From: Phallusia mammillata
Lineage: Eukaryota
NCBI GenBank assembly: GCA_965637545.1
Contig: OZ281500.1
Coordinates: 23,498,001-23,562,000 of the forward strand
Length of the DNA stretch: 64,000 nucleotides
Reading direction: 5' to 3'
This document shows, piece by piece, positions 34,101 through 47,400 of this stretch. How positions within the stretch are numbered: the first letter of the stretch is position 1; each line of letters begins with the position of its first letter. The notes under the pieces were generated by a model that searched no databases, was not told the DNA's origin, and saw nothing but the letters and a program-made list of their open reading frames with translations. Both the position numbers and the translations under genes were made by a program.

Positions 34101-37100
34101 TTTTTAAACAAAACCGCATGACGTCACAATCGCCTTTGTGACGCAACAGGCGCCTTAATTAATCGAAACGCGAACAGTCGCCGCGCGTTTTAGCAAATAG
34201 AGAGCGAATAGCTTCGGTATAGGGTTGGTTTGGCGGATTACAAACATGAGGCTTATGTGCAAATCACGATCTAACCTCATACGATGTCGATATTTATTTG
34301 CGTAATGGGTGCGGGGTTACACATGTCAATAAGTCGAAGATTGATGAACTGAATAGTATTTTAAGCAATACCTAAACCTGGTGGAAAACTACCACTGGAA
34401 GATCAATAAGAGTTACTACAGTGTGCTTGGCAGCAACAGCTTATTTATTCCAACTTCTTTGCAGAAAAGCTCAATACACACACACAGTATAACTTACCTC
34501 TTGTGATTCGTCGAGGTGGGGCAGCAGTTTGCTTGAAGCGTTCGACGGATTTCTATTCACTTCAGCTCCTTTGCTATCGAGTCTCGACCATCTTCTCCCG
34601 TCTTCCTCCAACTTCCAGTACTCGCTGATCGCGCATTCTTCCTCCTCGTCTTCAACATCATCGTCGTCCGTCTGCGCATCTTTCACCTGCGCAGAAGAAA
34701 AAAAACAATTAATCACATCACATATTTCACGACGAGACCGAGAGGTTACTACGGTTCATAGTTTTTACATTTCCAATGAATGTTTTGAAATAAACAATGA
34801 AAACAAACCAATATTTTTTTAAATTTTACGTCATATTTGACTACGTGAAATTTAAGCAGTTCAGTTTTGAATAAAAGCTCCCTAAACGAACTAAAACTTG
34901 TAATTCAACCTCTCGCAAAATTATTTCACAACAAGACTTTCGTAACTCGATATTTCGTTGAGGAACAGTTGTAACCGAAAGCAAGAACCGATCGTCGTAA
35001 TACACAATAAAAGAAGAACATTAAACAATGGAGAATAGCGCTTTTCTCGACAAGGCACGAAACGGACGAAAATCAACGCCATGGCCCGATTTACTTATTT
35101 ACGGCGACAACAAAAGCCCTTGAATCGTCAGTGATAGCAAGCTGTGAGGGTTTCTAGTGTCACAATGTTGGCCGTTTGACAACAGTTGGCCCACATTTCT
35201 TAAAACACGCAGATCGCATGTTGGAAAGCACTTGTTCGATGACGGAAAAATCGATCGGCAATTTTCGGGGAGAATTTATAGCTCCCGGTTTAGAGAAAAA
35301 CCCGATTTAGGTTTATAAAAGACCAAGTACATAAGTCAGCGCCTGCTAAACAGCCAAAATGTCTGTCATTTTGCCAGTGTTCATGAAGAAACAACGTTAA
35401 AAGCCACCTCGAAAACGCCTCATATAAAACGCACATCATGTAATGTAATTCCATTTTACAATCACTTACGAGTAGATTGCTTTCATCAAGTTTCAGTAAT
35501 TAATACTTAAACAAACTTATTAAACAGACAATATTCGAACACAACGTCATAAAGGGTGTTGACGTAACAGCGACATACTTCTGCAAACTTCATTTAGAAC
35601 ACGAACGCGATTTGAACGACGAGACAGAAGTTATTACAATCGAGCGCTGCATTATTCACCGCATACTTCAGTTCGGGGCGCGGGTAATGCAATTACAAGG
35701 GGAGTGAATGTAGGACGAGCGCGCGCTGGCATCGACGACCGCGACCAAGATCGAAAGACGCCTTTCCAAGTATAAACCGTCATAAAATTGTTCCTCTTGC
35801 CGTCGACGCCCCTTTATATTGCAAACAAACCGAGGTCGTAGAGGACAAAAGGGGAGTTTTCCAAGTAAACAAAACTAAGGTTCTATTTTCATTGTTATTC
35901 TTTCCCGAACATAAATCTTGCACGGAACAATTCCGATTTTTCCGGTACTAAAACCCTAATATGATTTATTATGTTGCTTGTAAACTATGTTAAAAAATTG
36001 GGACTGTTTGTAAATCGCGTTTGGGACAATAAGGAAAGTCGAAAACAATTGTTACGTAACAATGCAACATGACGCAGATAAACGTCAGTGGAGTTTTCAT
36101 ATTTCTAAAATTGTCCAAATCAAAATAATCGACGTTTGTTGTTGCAATAGCGAGCAGCAAATCAAAATACTTGGATCAAGAATAAGTTGGCTCTATTTGT
36201 GTTGCAGTAAGCCGGTGGTTTTACTTCACTAATCATAACAAACAGAGCGACTGCGCTTGCTCGTAGCAATTAGAAACACAGCGGGACCCTGGAAAGCAAG
36301 TTTGATTCCGAAAGCTGTAAGCTGGACCGAAGGAGAATTCTCTGATGGGTAAAAGTAACTTGCCAGACATTGTACGCAGGTTGGGTGGCGGTTTGAGTAA
36401 GATGGATTGGGGATTACAGGAATAAGGTCCCGTTTACGCAAAAGGGCAAGGAAATGTTAATGCCGGTTGGTTTAGCAAACCTCAACGCACACTGAGTATG
36501 TGGAACTTGTGTGTGTGGCCATAAAACATCGACAAAAACGCGGATGGCAGTTCGTGCAGCGTCGAAATTGGGTCGCTTGTCCTCTTTTATTGTCTTTTAG
36601 CTATCCTGTAGTAAACGTTCGCCTCGTAAAAGAGGATTTTTGTTTCAAACATTTACGACTCCTTCAGAGGTCAAGGCAGAGAAACAAGCACAGAGTCACA
36701 AAAGCAAAGTGCTTGACCAATCAGAGATCAAGTAATTGCTTTGCGGACATTGTCAACAAACGGCGAGATTAAAATGCGTCCGTAACAATGGCCTCGAAAC
36801 TCAATCGCGGCGTTATTAGCCCGATTAATTCCATTCGTTCAGTAACAAGAACGCGACGGACTATCGAAAATCTCTCCTTGTCCGTGTTTGGTCATACACG
36901 CGCTCTGATTAATTGGAAAAGCGCGCCGATGCCGGTTACAGCGTTCTTGGACTTGATCTGCTTTACTATTAACTAAAACATGAACCGAAAAAAATCCAAG
37001 AACGCCGATTTTTTTGGATTTGACAACAAGTTATTATTGTTTAGTTTGTAAACGTGGACACTTTGGATATTTTTAAACAATCTGAAGTACTCACAAGACA

Positions 37101-38476
37101 AACCGTTCGCTACATGTAAACAACGATTTACTTGTAATTGTTATACACGGCAGCACTTTCCGTGTTTTGGTCTGATTCACATAGCAATAAATGCCAATTG
37201 TTTTACGCCGACATATTATCAAAGTTGTCCTATTTCGTAAGCAACAAAGTTCTAACACAGTGATATGAAACCAACCACACAAGATTTGTTAACAGTTAGT
37301 TTACAAAACCTTGCATTTACCATGATTACAAACAGACTTGCGTCTAGAGCTGAGCTGTAAACAGGAGACACACGACTGCAACCACTTACACGGATACTAG
37401 CTGCCGGCAATTACGTGCTTGTGTGCGAACACGTCGCCTGCCAGCCCACGACTTGTACACCGGTCTGCCCACGCCAACACAAACCCAATGAATTCGTGAC
37501 GTAATTTATATCGATCTTCGACTGGATTAGGCTTTCGAGAAACTGAGTTTTGTTGATTTTCGAAACCATTACCGAACCCACCCACGGTTTTCCGAACCGG
37601 CTAATCGCTCAAGTAATTACAACAAAACGTTTCCCATATGTGTTCGCATTATATTTGGACCGTGTAACCTACCTTCATTTGTTTATCGTTTACAGGAGAA
37701 CAATCCTCTTGTATGATGGACAATGACTCTGTGACCAATGCATGTGGATGTCGAGATTGCTCAAAATCATCGAGATTAACCAAAAGAACATTGCCCTCAA
37801 TCTTTACGATCCCATGCTCTCCATTGTTGTTATTGTTGCTCTGAGCTACAGTTTCACAATCTTCTTCTTCCTCAAGAAGACTGAAGGAGCTTCTCCTGGA
37901 TCCGGAGATCACGGAGGGGCACTCGGAAGAGCAGGAGGGGATGGGAGAAGGACTCACTGAAGATCTGTAGGTATCATCCTCGGAATAAATACTTGTTGCC
38001 GATGAAGATAAAGAAGTACTCTTAACGCGCGATTTTGTGCATTGTCGGTATTCTAGAAGCTTAGAATCGAGGACACAGACACGTCGGTTGTCTCTGCTGC
38101 GTCTATTTTCACTTCCTTGATAGCAATAGTCATCATGTGCTTTGGCATTGTAGCATCCATACCCCGGTGCTAGGTTCGAAACTTGCCGGCGATCATCGAG
38201 TCCAAACGCCGCGCGCGAACGCAGCAAATTTCCGGGCTCGGTACGACGCAGCACAACGTCGGCAAGCTGCTTGAGTACTTGGTCACTGATTACAGGCCGA
38301 GTTTTAAAGCATAATCCAGGGTCGCTGTGTATACTTCTGTGATTGAGTTGCTTTTCAACGACAGCTACGGCCGATTTTCGGATAGCTCCTTCGCAACTTC
38401 TGCGGTTAACCTGACTATACGGCACTGAACTCCGTACATCCATCTCACCAAGTTTTCTGTTTAAATCCACGAGCAT
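28119..38476 (-). CDS. STARD13/DLC1: DLC-family Rho GTPase-activating protein with C-terminal START domain (~1268 aa, SAM-less isoform)
   Basis: Phase-consistent exons 38476-37673, 34686-34498, 33990-33469, 33400-32840, 32655-32588, 31700-31509, 31300-30942, 30644-30422, 30114-29979, 29351-29109, 28972-28752, 28407-28119. Diagnostic peptides: CAISEYWKLEEDGRRWSRL, VSIYDNL, RLRWQSF, WSVPRFIRRIKVPDYKDKAVFSVPL, QVGLFRKPGVRSRI (arginine finger), AYDVADMVKQFFRELPDPL, MNETNLATCFAPSLF, HPTRDYCVLRSWR, GRNPEWYNKTFGH. The 37673-38476 exon assignment is less certain than the rest. Orthologous to the DLC1/STARD13/STARD8 group as a whole. Confidence 0.93.
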
Positions 38477-41400
38477 TCAAAAGCGTTGTTTTCCTTCAGC
38501 AGATAGACGAAACAATACAGAATAGCAGATAAAGTTGTCGCTAAGTTGTCTGAGTGAGTCACTAACAACTGAACAAATTCATATTGTTAGAATTGTGAAA
38601 TCAACGCGTTATGTCTTGTGACTTCCCTTGGCAAATAAACCTTAAACGCCGATTCATATGTCCAAAGATATGGACTAAACGCCTACACAACTATATAACT
38701 TTAAGTGTACAAAAACTCTGAACACTCTTCAGTTTGTTTGGAAGCCTGTTCAATGGCAGAACTACTGCATACTAAATACGCTGTATAGATTGTAAGTAAC
38801 TCGACATTTTTTGAAACACATATATCATGAAAAACAAAGCTAATGCCGAAATAAAGACCACACTGTCTTTATAAACTATAATAAATAATTGCACGCCTGA
38901 ACCACATGAAGTATTAGTAGCTATCTGCAATGAAAACATTCCCAAAAATTTAAAACTGAAACGGTTGGCATTCAGGCACAACTGGCACGCTGAACTGTCG
39001 ATACAAGCTAGTAAAATGTCACACAAGATTCGGGCCGGCCGCTTTTTTCCCAGGGCAGCGGTAAAAAAAGGAAAAAGGCATTTCGCGGCGCGCGACGTTG
39101 GAAAGGATGACAGCGATAAACAATCGCAGATGCAGACCTCGGGCTAATTTTCAAGTTGCGAGGAAAAACTGATAATGAAACTTCACCAATGTGGAAATTT
39201 CAACGAGCTTACACTTTTAGTTCGTTAATTTCTATTATCCACACGTTACTACTTGCACTAAAAATTCTGAAATAAAATCCAGCACATTTAGCCCAGAAAA
39301 CAAACACTAAAGAAAAGAAAATTCATTTCAAATACATATATCGAAGATTTACAAAACCTCATTATGTTTTTCAACTGTCACCAGTTTTCTGTAAATGCAA
39401 CGTTTTTCACTGCAATATGCTTTGATTTAAACAAAACCGTTTGAAGATTTAGGTCGTTTCTTTGGATTGTTAAATCTGGATTAGTTTCTATCCTATGTTG
39501 TAGCCTCATTGCAATCATTTGTGACTTTAATATACAGTTATAGTTACTACTCTACTTGGATATACAAACACACACTAATTAAAGTGTTGTGAAAGTTTCA
39601 TCTATAGTACTTTATACCTGACAGGTAACATCACATATAAATAAAATGCATGGATGAAAACGAACGTCTAACGCACGCAACAGCCCATTTAACAGCGACA
39701 GCAGTTAACGACTCACACCTGTCTCTGACAACTCGGCAAACAAGAGAAGCAGAACGCGCCGGAATTCGATCGCGCCGATTTCATTGTTCCACCGCGATTT
39801 CATTGCCCAATGCTCGCGAGCAAGCGAATCAAAGCAAACGACATTATGTTTTCGCCATAAACAGGTGGTGTGTGTGGGGATTTGATGTACAAACTGATGT
39901 GTGACGTTTACGGAAGTTTGGGATGTTTTGGGGGATAACATTGGGACTTGGTTGGGGTAAAATACATTTGTTGTGCGTGGTGTGTGTGAGTTGACGTTCT
40001 GATAAGTTTCTCAGGCCCTGCAAAGCGGAAATCTCCTTGTTTGATCACATAGGGCATTATTAAAACGACTTAAAATGAAACAAGTGATTAGTAAATTTTG
40101 TGTTTTGGGATTTCTAGACCAAAACCAAACACAAATTTTGGGGAAAAGACTGCACAGAATAGAAGTCGATTTATCGGACAGGAATTAGGTAAAAAACTGA
40201 ACTAAATGTGGAAACAAAAAAGAGTGCTTGAATCTGAAACTTAATGTTGTATTTGCTTACTTAAAATTTTATTTCAAAAATTTTACGTTGTGGCACCTAA
40301 AAACCAAACTTTTTAAAAACTCGTCTCTCAAATACTTTTCCATTCTTTCTGTCACACCAGGTGACTGCAAAGCCGTAGACATCGGCTATTGTCTTTGTTT
40401 GCATCGTCTTAATGTGAAACAAATTTTCCCAAACGATGAGCAGAGCGAATGGGAAGACACGGAAACCTGGAAAAAATCTCCCGCATGAGGAAACCAGTGG
40501 ACGGAATAAATTCTGCAACAGCGGGGGACTGGGAAGCGACGCCTTACCCCGTGGGAGGACATTGAATCCGCGCAAAAACTTATGAAAAGAACTTTGCTCA
40601 CCAGTAGCCGTGAGTCAGTAGTACGGCCACGTGCGTTTTTGTTTAATATCGTATTGTCAAGGGAATAGGGATTTAAGTTGCCCTTGAAAAAATCTTCTTG
40701 AAATTATCCAAATCCGGCTGAAAATTGGTTTTAAATTTGCCTTTTTAGAAATAGATGATTAGATTAAACCATTTTACGCCTGCAGACGGATGATAACATT
40801 AGCATGCTTTCTGAAACAAGACTTTTCTTCAAATAAGTATTTTACATTTGTTTAAACCCGCGGCTTACCAAAACAGGTTTGAAAACTGGCTTTAGGCGTA
40901 TAAAAAAGTGCTAGCATAGAGAATTAGAAACATGTATTTTGCACAGCTAATGTCTAAAACCCAGCCATTTTTTCCAAACTTCATTCAAACACTCGACTTT
41001 ACAAAACTGGTTTGACCCCGCTTCAGCGTACAAGAGAATGCCATATGGAATTGGAAACTTGTGTTTTGTCCAGCTATCGTTCTGGACCAACTTAGCATAT
41101 AACCTAAACTGTCAATCATTAAGTCTTTCAGTAACTTCTCCCCGTCTCATCTATCATACCAAATACACAGAGATGACATCAAAGACTTAAACGGAGTGTA
41201 TTCTAGCGACGCAAAAGGCTTGCGGTGGCTACGTTATTGTGTGTCGGGCTAGTATGATGTCATGTAGTATTGTGTGCACAGGGCTCCGTACACAACTGCT
41301 GTATTAGCGAGTCAACATAGCCACTGAAAAATATTATCGACCCACAAGCTCAAAACAAACAAAAACTTTTGATTAATTTCAATGAGCCCCATAAAAGCAG

Positions 41401-44400
41401 ATAAAATGTGCGGTCGGCATTTCTACGACAATACTGAAAAAACTAATAATGCCAAACAGACAAGCTTTATTTGTTCTGGTGTAGTAAACATGTATAGTGA
41501 TCGAAAACATCTAGTACATTGAGTTGGGTTCGCTTGTTGAAAGAAAACATGGCGAATAAATTTCATTCGAACAATCAAAGAGCCAGAAGCAACTAAGCAA
41601 GGGTAGAAGCGTATGAAGTGCACATTTGGAGGGTCATGATGAAACTTTTGCGTATTGTTGCCAAAAAACTACACAATCCACAATTTTCACCAGTTCAGCA
41701 GGAAAAGCCAATTGGACACAGAAAGTGTTGTATCCGTTTAATGATAAAACCTTTGCAAAACCAACAAACTATTTCAGATACAAGTTAGTTTCAACACCGA
41801 TAACTCTGTTTGTCGCGAAAAGACCTGTTAATTACAGGAACCTGCCGTCAACAATTTCATCGAAATTCGGCACCTCGCGCTTCACAAACAATCAAAAAAC
41901 GTCGTTCGATTGTGACGACATAAACAGGATGCAGGAACCGGGCGTGCAAGGGGCGAAATGCATTAGCACCATTTGCAGAACACCGCTACACAGGCGCCAC
42001 AGCTCGAGTGCCAAGGAAGCACGCGCGGTCGCTTAAGAATGAAGAAAACGAAACCCAGAACGCGAGTGGGGCAGGAAAACGGTATCGAATGACTGGAAAT
42101 GACAAATTGACGGGGGCGGCATCAAATATCGAAGATTGTTGTTCATTTCCCGGTGTTTTTGGATGTGATCGTGCTACAGAGTAATACAAGGCGATATTTG
42201 AAGTAGGGTAAAGCGTGCTTCTTTTGTTCTGATAAACTTGAGTAATGGGCCTCCGACTGTACACTGAGCCAGGAATGTACACACAACATTTTGGCGTGTT
42301 TGTTGTTACTTCTACGGCAGAAAAAACAACAACAACAAGAAACTGCATAGAAAACGGTACAAATACCATTGGTTTATATTTTTCTAAAATTCTATTTGAA
42401 TAATATTTCGTTTTCGTTTTTTTTGGTAGTTAGTGTCATTAGAAATAACTTTTAAGTTTAGTTTTGGCATTTAACGCAGCGGTTTATTTGAAATATCTCA
42501 TTCGTTCATAACTTTTTATCCACCAACAACGGTTGCGGTAAACAGGAAAAGGAACACGGTATTACCCCCATATCCAACGATAACCGGATTTTAACAGAAC
42601 GGAATAGCTTCTTACGCACTACGGGCATCACTTCCACACAAAAACAGCACAACAACGCATTAAACTTACAATGTCGTTACGCAAAGCTGACGCACCCGGC
42701 CAAAAAGCGTCGTTAACTTAAACAGCGGACGTCCACAAAACCTGTCCAATGCATAACACGATGCAAACGAGACACGCCCATTAACACGCCCCCATTAACT
42801 ATGACCTTGAGCTGCGACCTATACGCCATATCCTGTACGTCACCTCGCACGCGCAAGGTCATGTGATCTCGAGAAGTTGATTGTGACGCCATAAGGGTTA
42901 ATGGTTGCATTAATCCAGGGGGCTGGGAAATTAATTATAGTTGACGATGGAAGCGTGTCTTTGTCCTTGACTTTGATTCAAAAATAACAGAAAGAAGTGG
43001 GACGATGGTTGTTCGCAATGATCGTGGACTTAAAATGTTGCGTAGTTAACAATTTTTAGATGTGTAGATTAAACTGACACTAGGTTAAAATGACTAAAAT
43101 ATTTTTACATTTGCCTAATTATTTTTATTTTGGTAATACTGTTGTTAAAGTGCCATTGTTTTCTTAAAATTCTTTGTCCGGCCGAAATACAGTCTATTCA
43201 TAAAATCCACAAATATAAGTTTTTTTGCAAACTCACGAAATGTAAAATAAAATAAAAAGTCAAATTTAGATCTGAGATGTTCAATATATACCATCGCATA
43301 CTAATAATACACCCAGGCACTTAAATATAGCAGGGGTTGGACAAAACACCGAACGAAAACAAAATGAGTTTGCAACGATCGGTCCAGGGTTTGAAAACGT
43401 GACACGACAGCAATCTGTTGCGCCAAACAACAGTTCACAATGCAATATTCTATGTGGTCATATTCCACTGTTACGTAACAGATCACATGGTAGTTGCATC
43501 ACAAACAATCCGTACGTCACAAATAGTCTAGGATTTGCGTAGTATAGAGTTTGTTATTTCAAACAAAGTGCATTAAAAACACATGACATTTGCGAGATCT
43601 CAAGAGCGATGGAAATGGTTACGCCGGTTGGCAACAATTCTTACGACAGCCGAGGCTCAGGTCGCAAGTAACTCGGCCAGTCTGACGAATTTTGGTTACG
43701 AAACTGAAATTCCACGAATGCTTGGGGAATACTGGGCGAAATATTTCATGTTTCAAATCTAACATTACTTTTTAATGCGCGGTATGATTTAAAAACCGAC
43801 TACCGACATAGCAAGTTTCAATCTGAGTTACAACTGGTTAATATTTTTTCTACATCCTGTTGGATATCTTTTATGTAGTGTTGAAGTTGATTCAATTATT
43901 TTAGGAGGTCAACAAAATATAATGCTACTTTTAATACAATTAGGAAATCACTAGTGTATAAAACCTTATGCTGCTTTCAGGCGCGTTTGAATACAAAATC
44001 TTATGCTACAAATGCGTTTGAATGAAGTGCGGCACAACTAACAACGACCTTCGATGTGGGGTCCACGTACTTGGCAAAGTTCTCAGCAGTAAAGAGACGT
44101 GTGGTCAGTTTTATGGAGCGACCTTGACGGAATAGAGTCTGTGACTTTGTTGCGGGATTAGGTGAAAGGTCGTAACCAGTTGTTGCCGATAATCTAACGA
44201 CCTCCAAACGGTCTTTCGTGTTTCTGCTAAACGACATTTTCCGAAATGTGTTTATGCGGCAAAGAGATGTGGTAAAATGACTGCTTGTCCAATATGGACG
44301 CTTGAAGTTTTTTTTATTATGTACTGTTTGAAAAATACCATATTTGGAGAAAAAAAATTAATTAGTGGATTGCTTTCTACTTGTTAAAAATTGCAGTCTA

Positions 44401-47400
44401 ATTATTTTATGCGATTCGTTTATCCATTCTTTATATCTTTCTATTTATACGCGGTAAACATTTTTAGCCAAAACATTGAAATTGCTCATTGAAAATAAAG
44501 TGAAATGATGTAACACTCATGAATTATTTATTACAAAAAAGGTTTCAAAAATCCAATGCATTTGCAGAAATGCAACCATATTTTGGAAGTATGCAACGTC
44601 TGCAACATCAATTCACACCCAATAAAGTCTAAAAGCCGAAACTTTCACCGAAGCAATGAACCAAACAAAAACGACACGATTCAATTCAATTTCCTTTTGG
44701 TTTTGCAGAATTTCAACGCAAAGTTTGTCTATTTCTGCTGTAAACAATCGTCGTTTGTCATTGTTTTGTGCCACGGTTTATGCAAAACGCGGTTGAGAAG
44801 ATTGATCAGGCAGGGGGAGCACGGTACCCCCCTAAATCCACCGTGTCTGTGTCGGCGAAATTATGCGGTTGGGTCTCGCGAACAAATATATGGAATACGA
44901 ATTGTTGTTCACTTGCAGGAGTTGATGCCATTTTGGCGTTTTAGTAGATTCGCTATTCACTACAGTAAAGTGCTAAATTCCAATGTTTCAGTGATTCTAG
45001 TTTTATCTGATCGTAAAACTGGCTGAACCACATATTCCTGGTAACGGTGGCTGTCAATCAAACTACGTCATGCAAGAGCTGAAATGCCCGCTGTGTCAAC
45101 AATCGCTACAGCGAGTAGAGATAGCGATGGATGGATTGAGGCAGGTGCGGAAAGACAACAGAAATGGTGCCAAGAGTCGCGAGATGTTCTATTACTTGTT
45201 ATCAATGGGCTGAGGGTTTATCGCTGACTCTTGTGACAAGAGAAAGTGGGTCGTGAAGATTGAATGGTTTGGAAGCAAAAACAACTTGGAAAATTTTACT
45301 TCAGCACGTGTGGGTTTGAGAAAATTGTCTTTTCCGAAAACTGAGCGTTTGACATTTGTGCTACGCAACAATGCATTATGACTTCACACCAAACATTAAA
45401 CAATATTTTAACGTGCATATGTAGAAGAAAACACAAGTTATGTATGAAGTAGTAAAGTACGTTTATTTCATCAATCTTGGAAGTTACACAATTAAAAGGG
45501 TTCGCCTTTTCTGCCATAAATTGAACATTTAATGATCGCGATTGTAATTTGCTTTAACGACCGTAACATATAATATGTTTACCATAAAATCGAACAACAT
45601 TCATGCTTTCTCACTGTTTTCGGTAAAATTCTTTTCACCTTTGTGTATTTTTCCGTCGATTCGAGGCACTTCACAAACAATCGTAAAAAACAACAAGACC
45701 AAATATGGACAAGTAAAATGCTTAAAACGTAAATACTTTGAATTGAATCTGACTAATGTAATGCGTACGGAGGCATGTGAAAGTTTAACTGAAGTGAACT
45801 TGAAATCGGTGGCTTAAAATATGTTATTTAACCAAAATCTCATTCCACCTACCCACTTAGGTCATCGTTTATTTTATTTTTGCACAAACCCGCAGGAGCC
45901 AGGGCCGATTGATGCGTCACAAAGCATTGTGACGTACATCGATACGCTCCGATGCACAAATCTCGATGTCCCGTTGCGCCGACGAGACGTAATTGCTCGA
46001 TTTTGCCTCGTTAATCGCAAAAATCCAGCAAATGTCCAAAAAACCTGCCCTATAGCCGGCAAGTTAACCCGGTGGCTGTTGGTGTTTTGGCTGGAAGCGA
46101 TCTGATTGGCTGAGCGTCTGTGATGCGTTCAGGGAGAAAGTCACTTTTGACGAGTGTTTGGCCGCTGTCAGTTTGCTAATTATATGTTTGCCTGAAATCT
46201 GATTACAGCCGATTGTTTTCACCGACAACGACACGATTTTCTGCACTGGAACATTTACGTCACAAATTGTTTTCGGCATAAATCATTTAGAAATCACTGA
46301 AGATATTTAGGGAAGACTTTAAGCGGAATCACAACAGCACGTTTTGCGTCTAAATTTGAGATAGTGATTTATTTTTTCTGAATTGGCTTGTATTTTATAG
46401 GACATCTATTTGTTTGCTGAAGTTTTTAATGTTTGCCACAACTTAAAATATAACATACAAATACAATAGCGCAAAAATTGGTCGAATTTCTAACAATAAA
46501 ATGTTTAAATGAAAAAAGAAAATTGTTAACCTTTTTATTCTTTAAAAAGCAAGCGAGACATGGCAAGAAAACAACTTCGGTACTAAAATTTAAAATACAA
46601 ACTTAAATGTCACTGGCTTCAACAAAATTCTCAGAAAAGGTCAAATCTAAAGCGTGTTTAAAAATCATTTAACTATCTGAACTTTCAAACCACGATAGAG
46701 AAAAATTTTGTGGCATTATTTCTTTTCGCGTCAGTAATTTACACTTAGCGTATTTGAGACTAAACACACGACAATGTGTGTGAAGAAAAACCGCCAGCCC
46801 TCGAAAAGACGATAGACTGACGACTTAACACTGTTTGATGGCAAATATTTTGACCAAAACTCTCTAAGCCTTTCTATTTTTCACTTCGGCTCGGTTTGAA
46901 AGATGGGTTTATCGCAAGTCTTGCGGTAACGGGGAAGATTACCGCGCATTGGCTTTAGCTTATATTGCAAAGAAACTAATGTGAAAAAACGTGCATGTTT
47001 TACAGTATTACTGAAGGCTTTTTGGTTGTTTTCCAAAATTGAGAACAGCCATTGTCCTTTTCGCTTCATTGATAAATTATTCCTTTTTGAAATAGGTTTG
47101 CAATCCTTACACGATTTTCCACCAAATGAACCTTGTTCAAATAGAACAGACCTTTTAAAACAAGGTTTAATCATAGGCAATGAGTATAGCGTACGCAATT
47201 TTTTCTTGGATATGCGTATTTATGTGTGCTAAAAAAACTTGGGAATCGAATTTCAAAATCTGCCAAAAGGATCAAACGAGTGAAAACAATAATGTTTGAA
47301 GTGATTAAATGTCACCAACAAACCAAACGCGTTGAACTTTTTATTTGATCTTTTGTTGCGAACCTTGGGGATTTGAGATTACAAATAAACATTTTCCGTC

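Noticed and set aside
40228-40601. GC-richer patch with several short ORFs and an acceptor-like site
   Set aside because: No recognisable domain (not SAM), stops in all plausible spliced frames, and no partner exons identified.
41626-42369. ORFs of 136 aa (+) and 127 aa (-), plus 44556-45026, 51434-51790, 57010-57378, 58435-58872 and 61398-61754
   Set aside because: Low-information composition, no motifs and no compatible splice signals; the lengths are within chance expectation for six frames of 25 kb.
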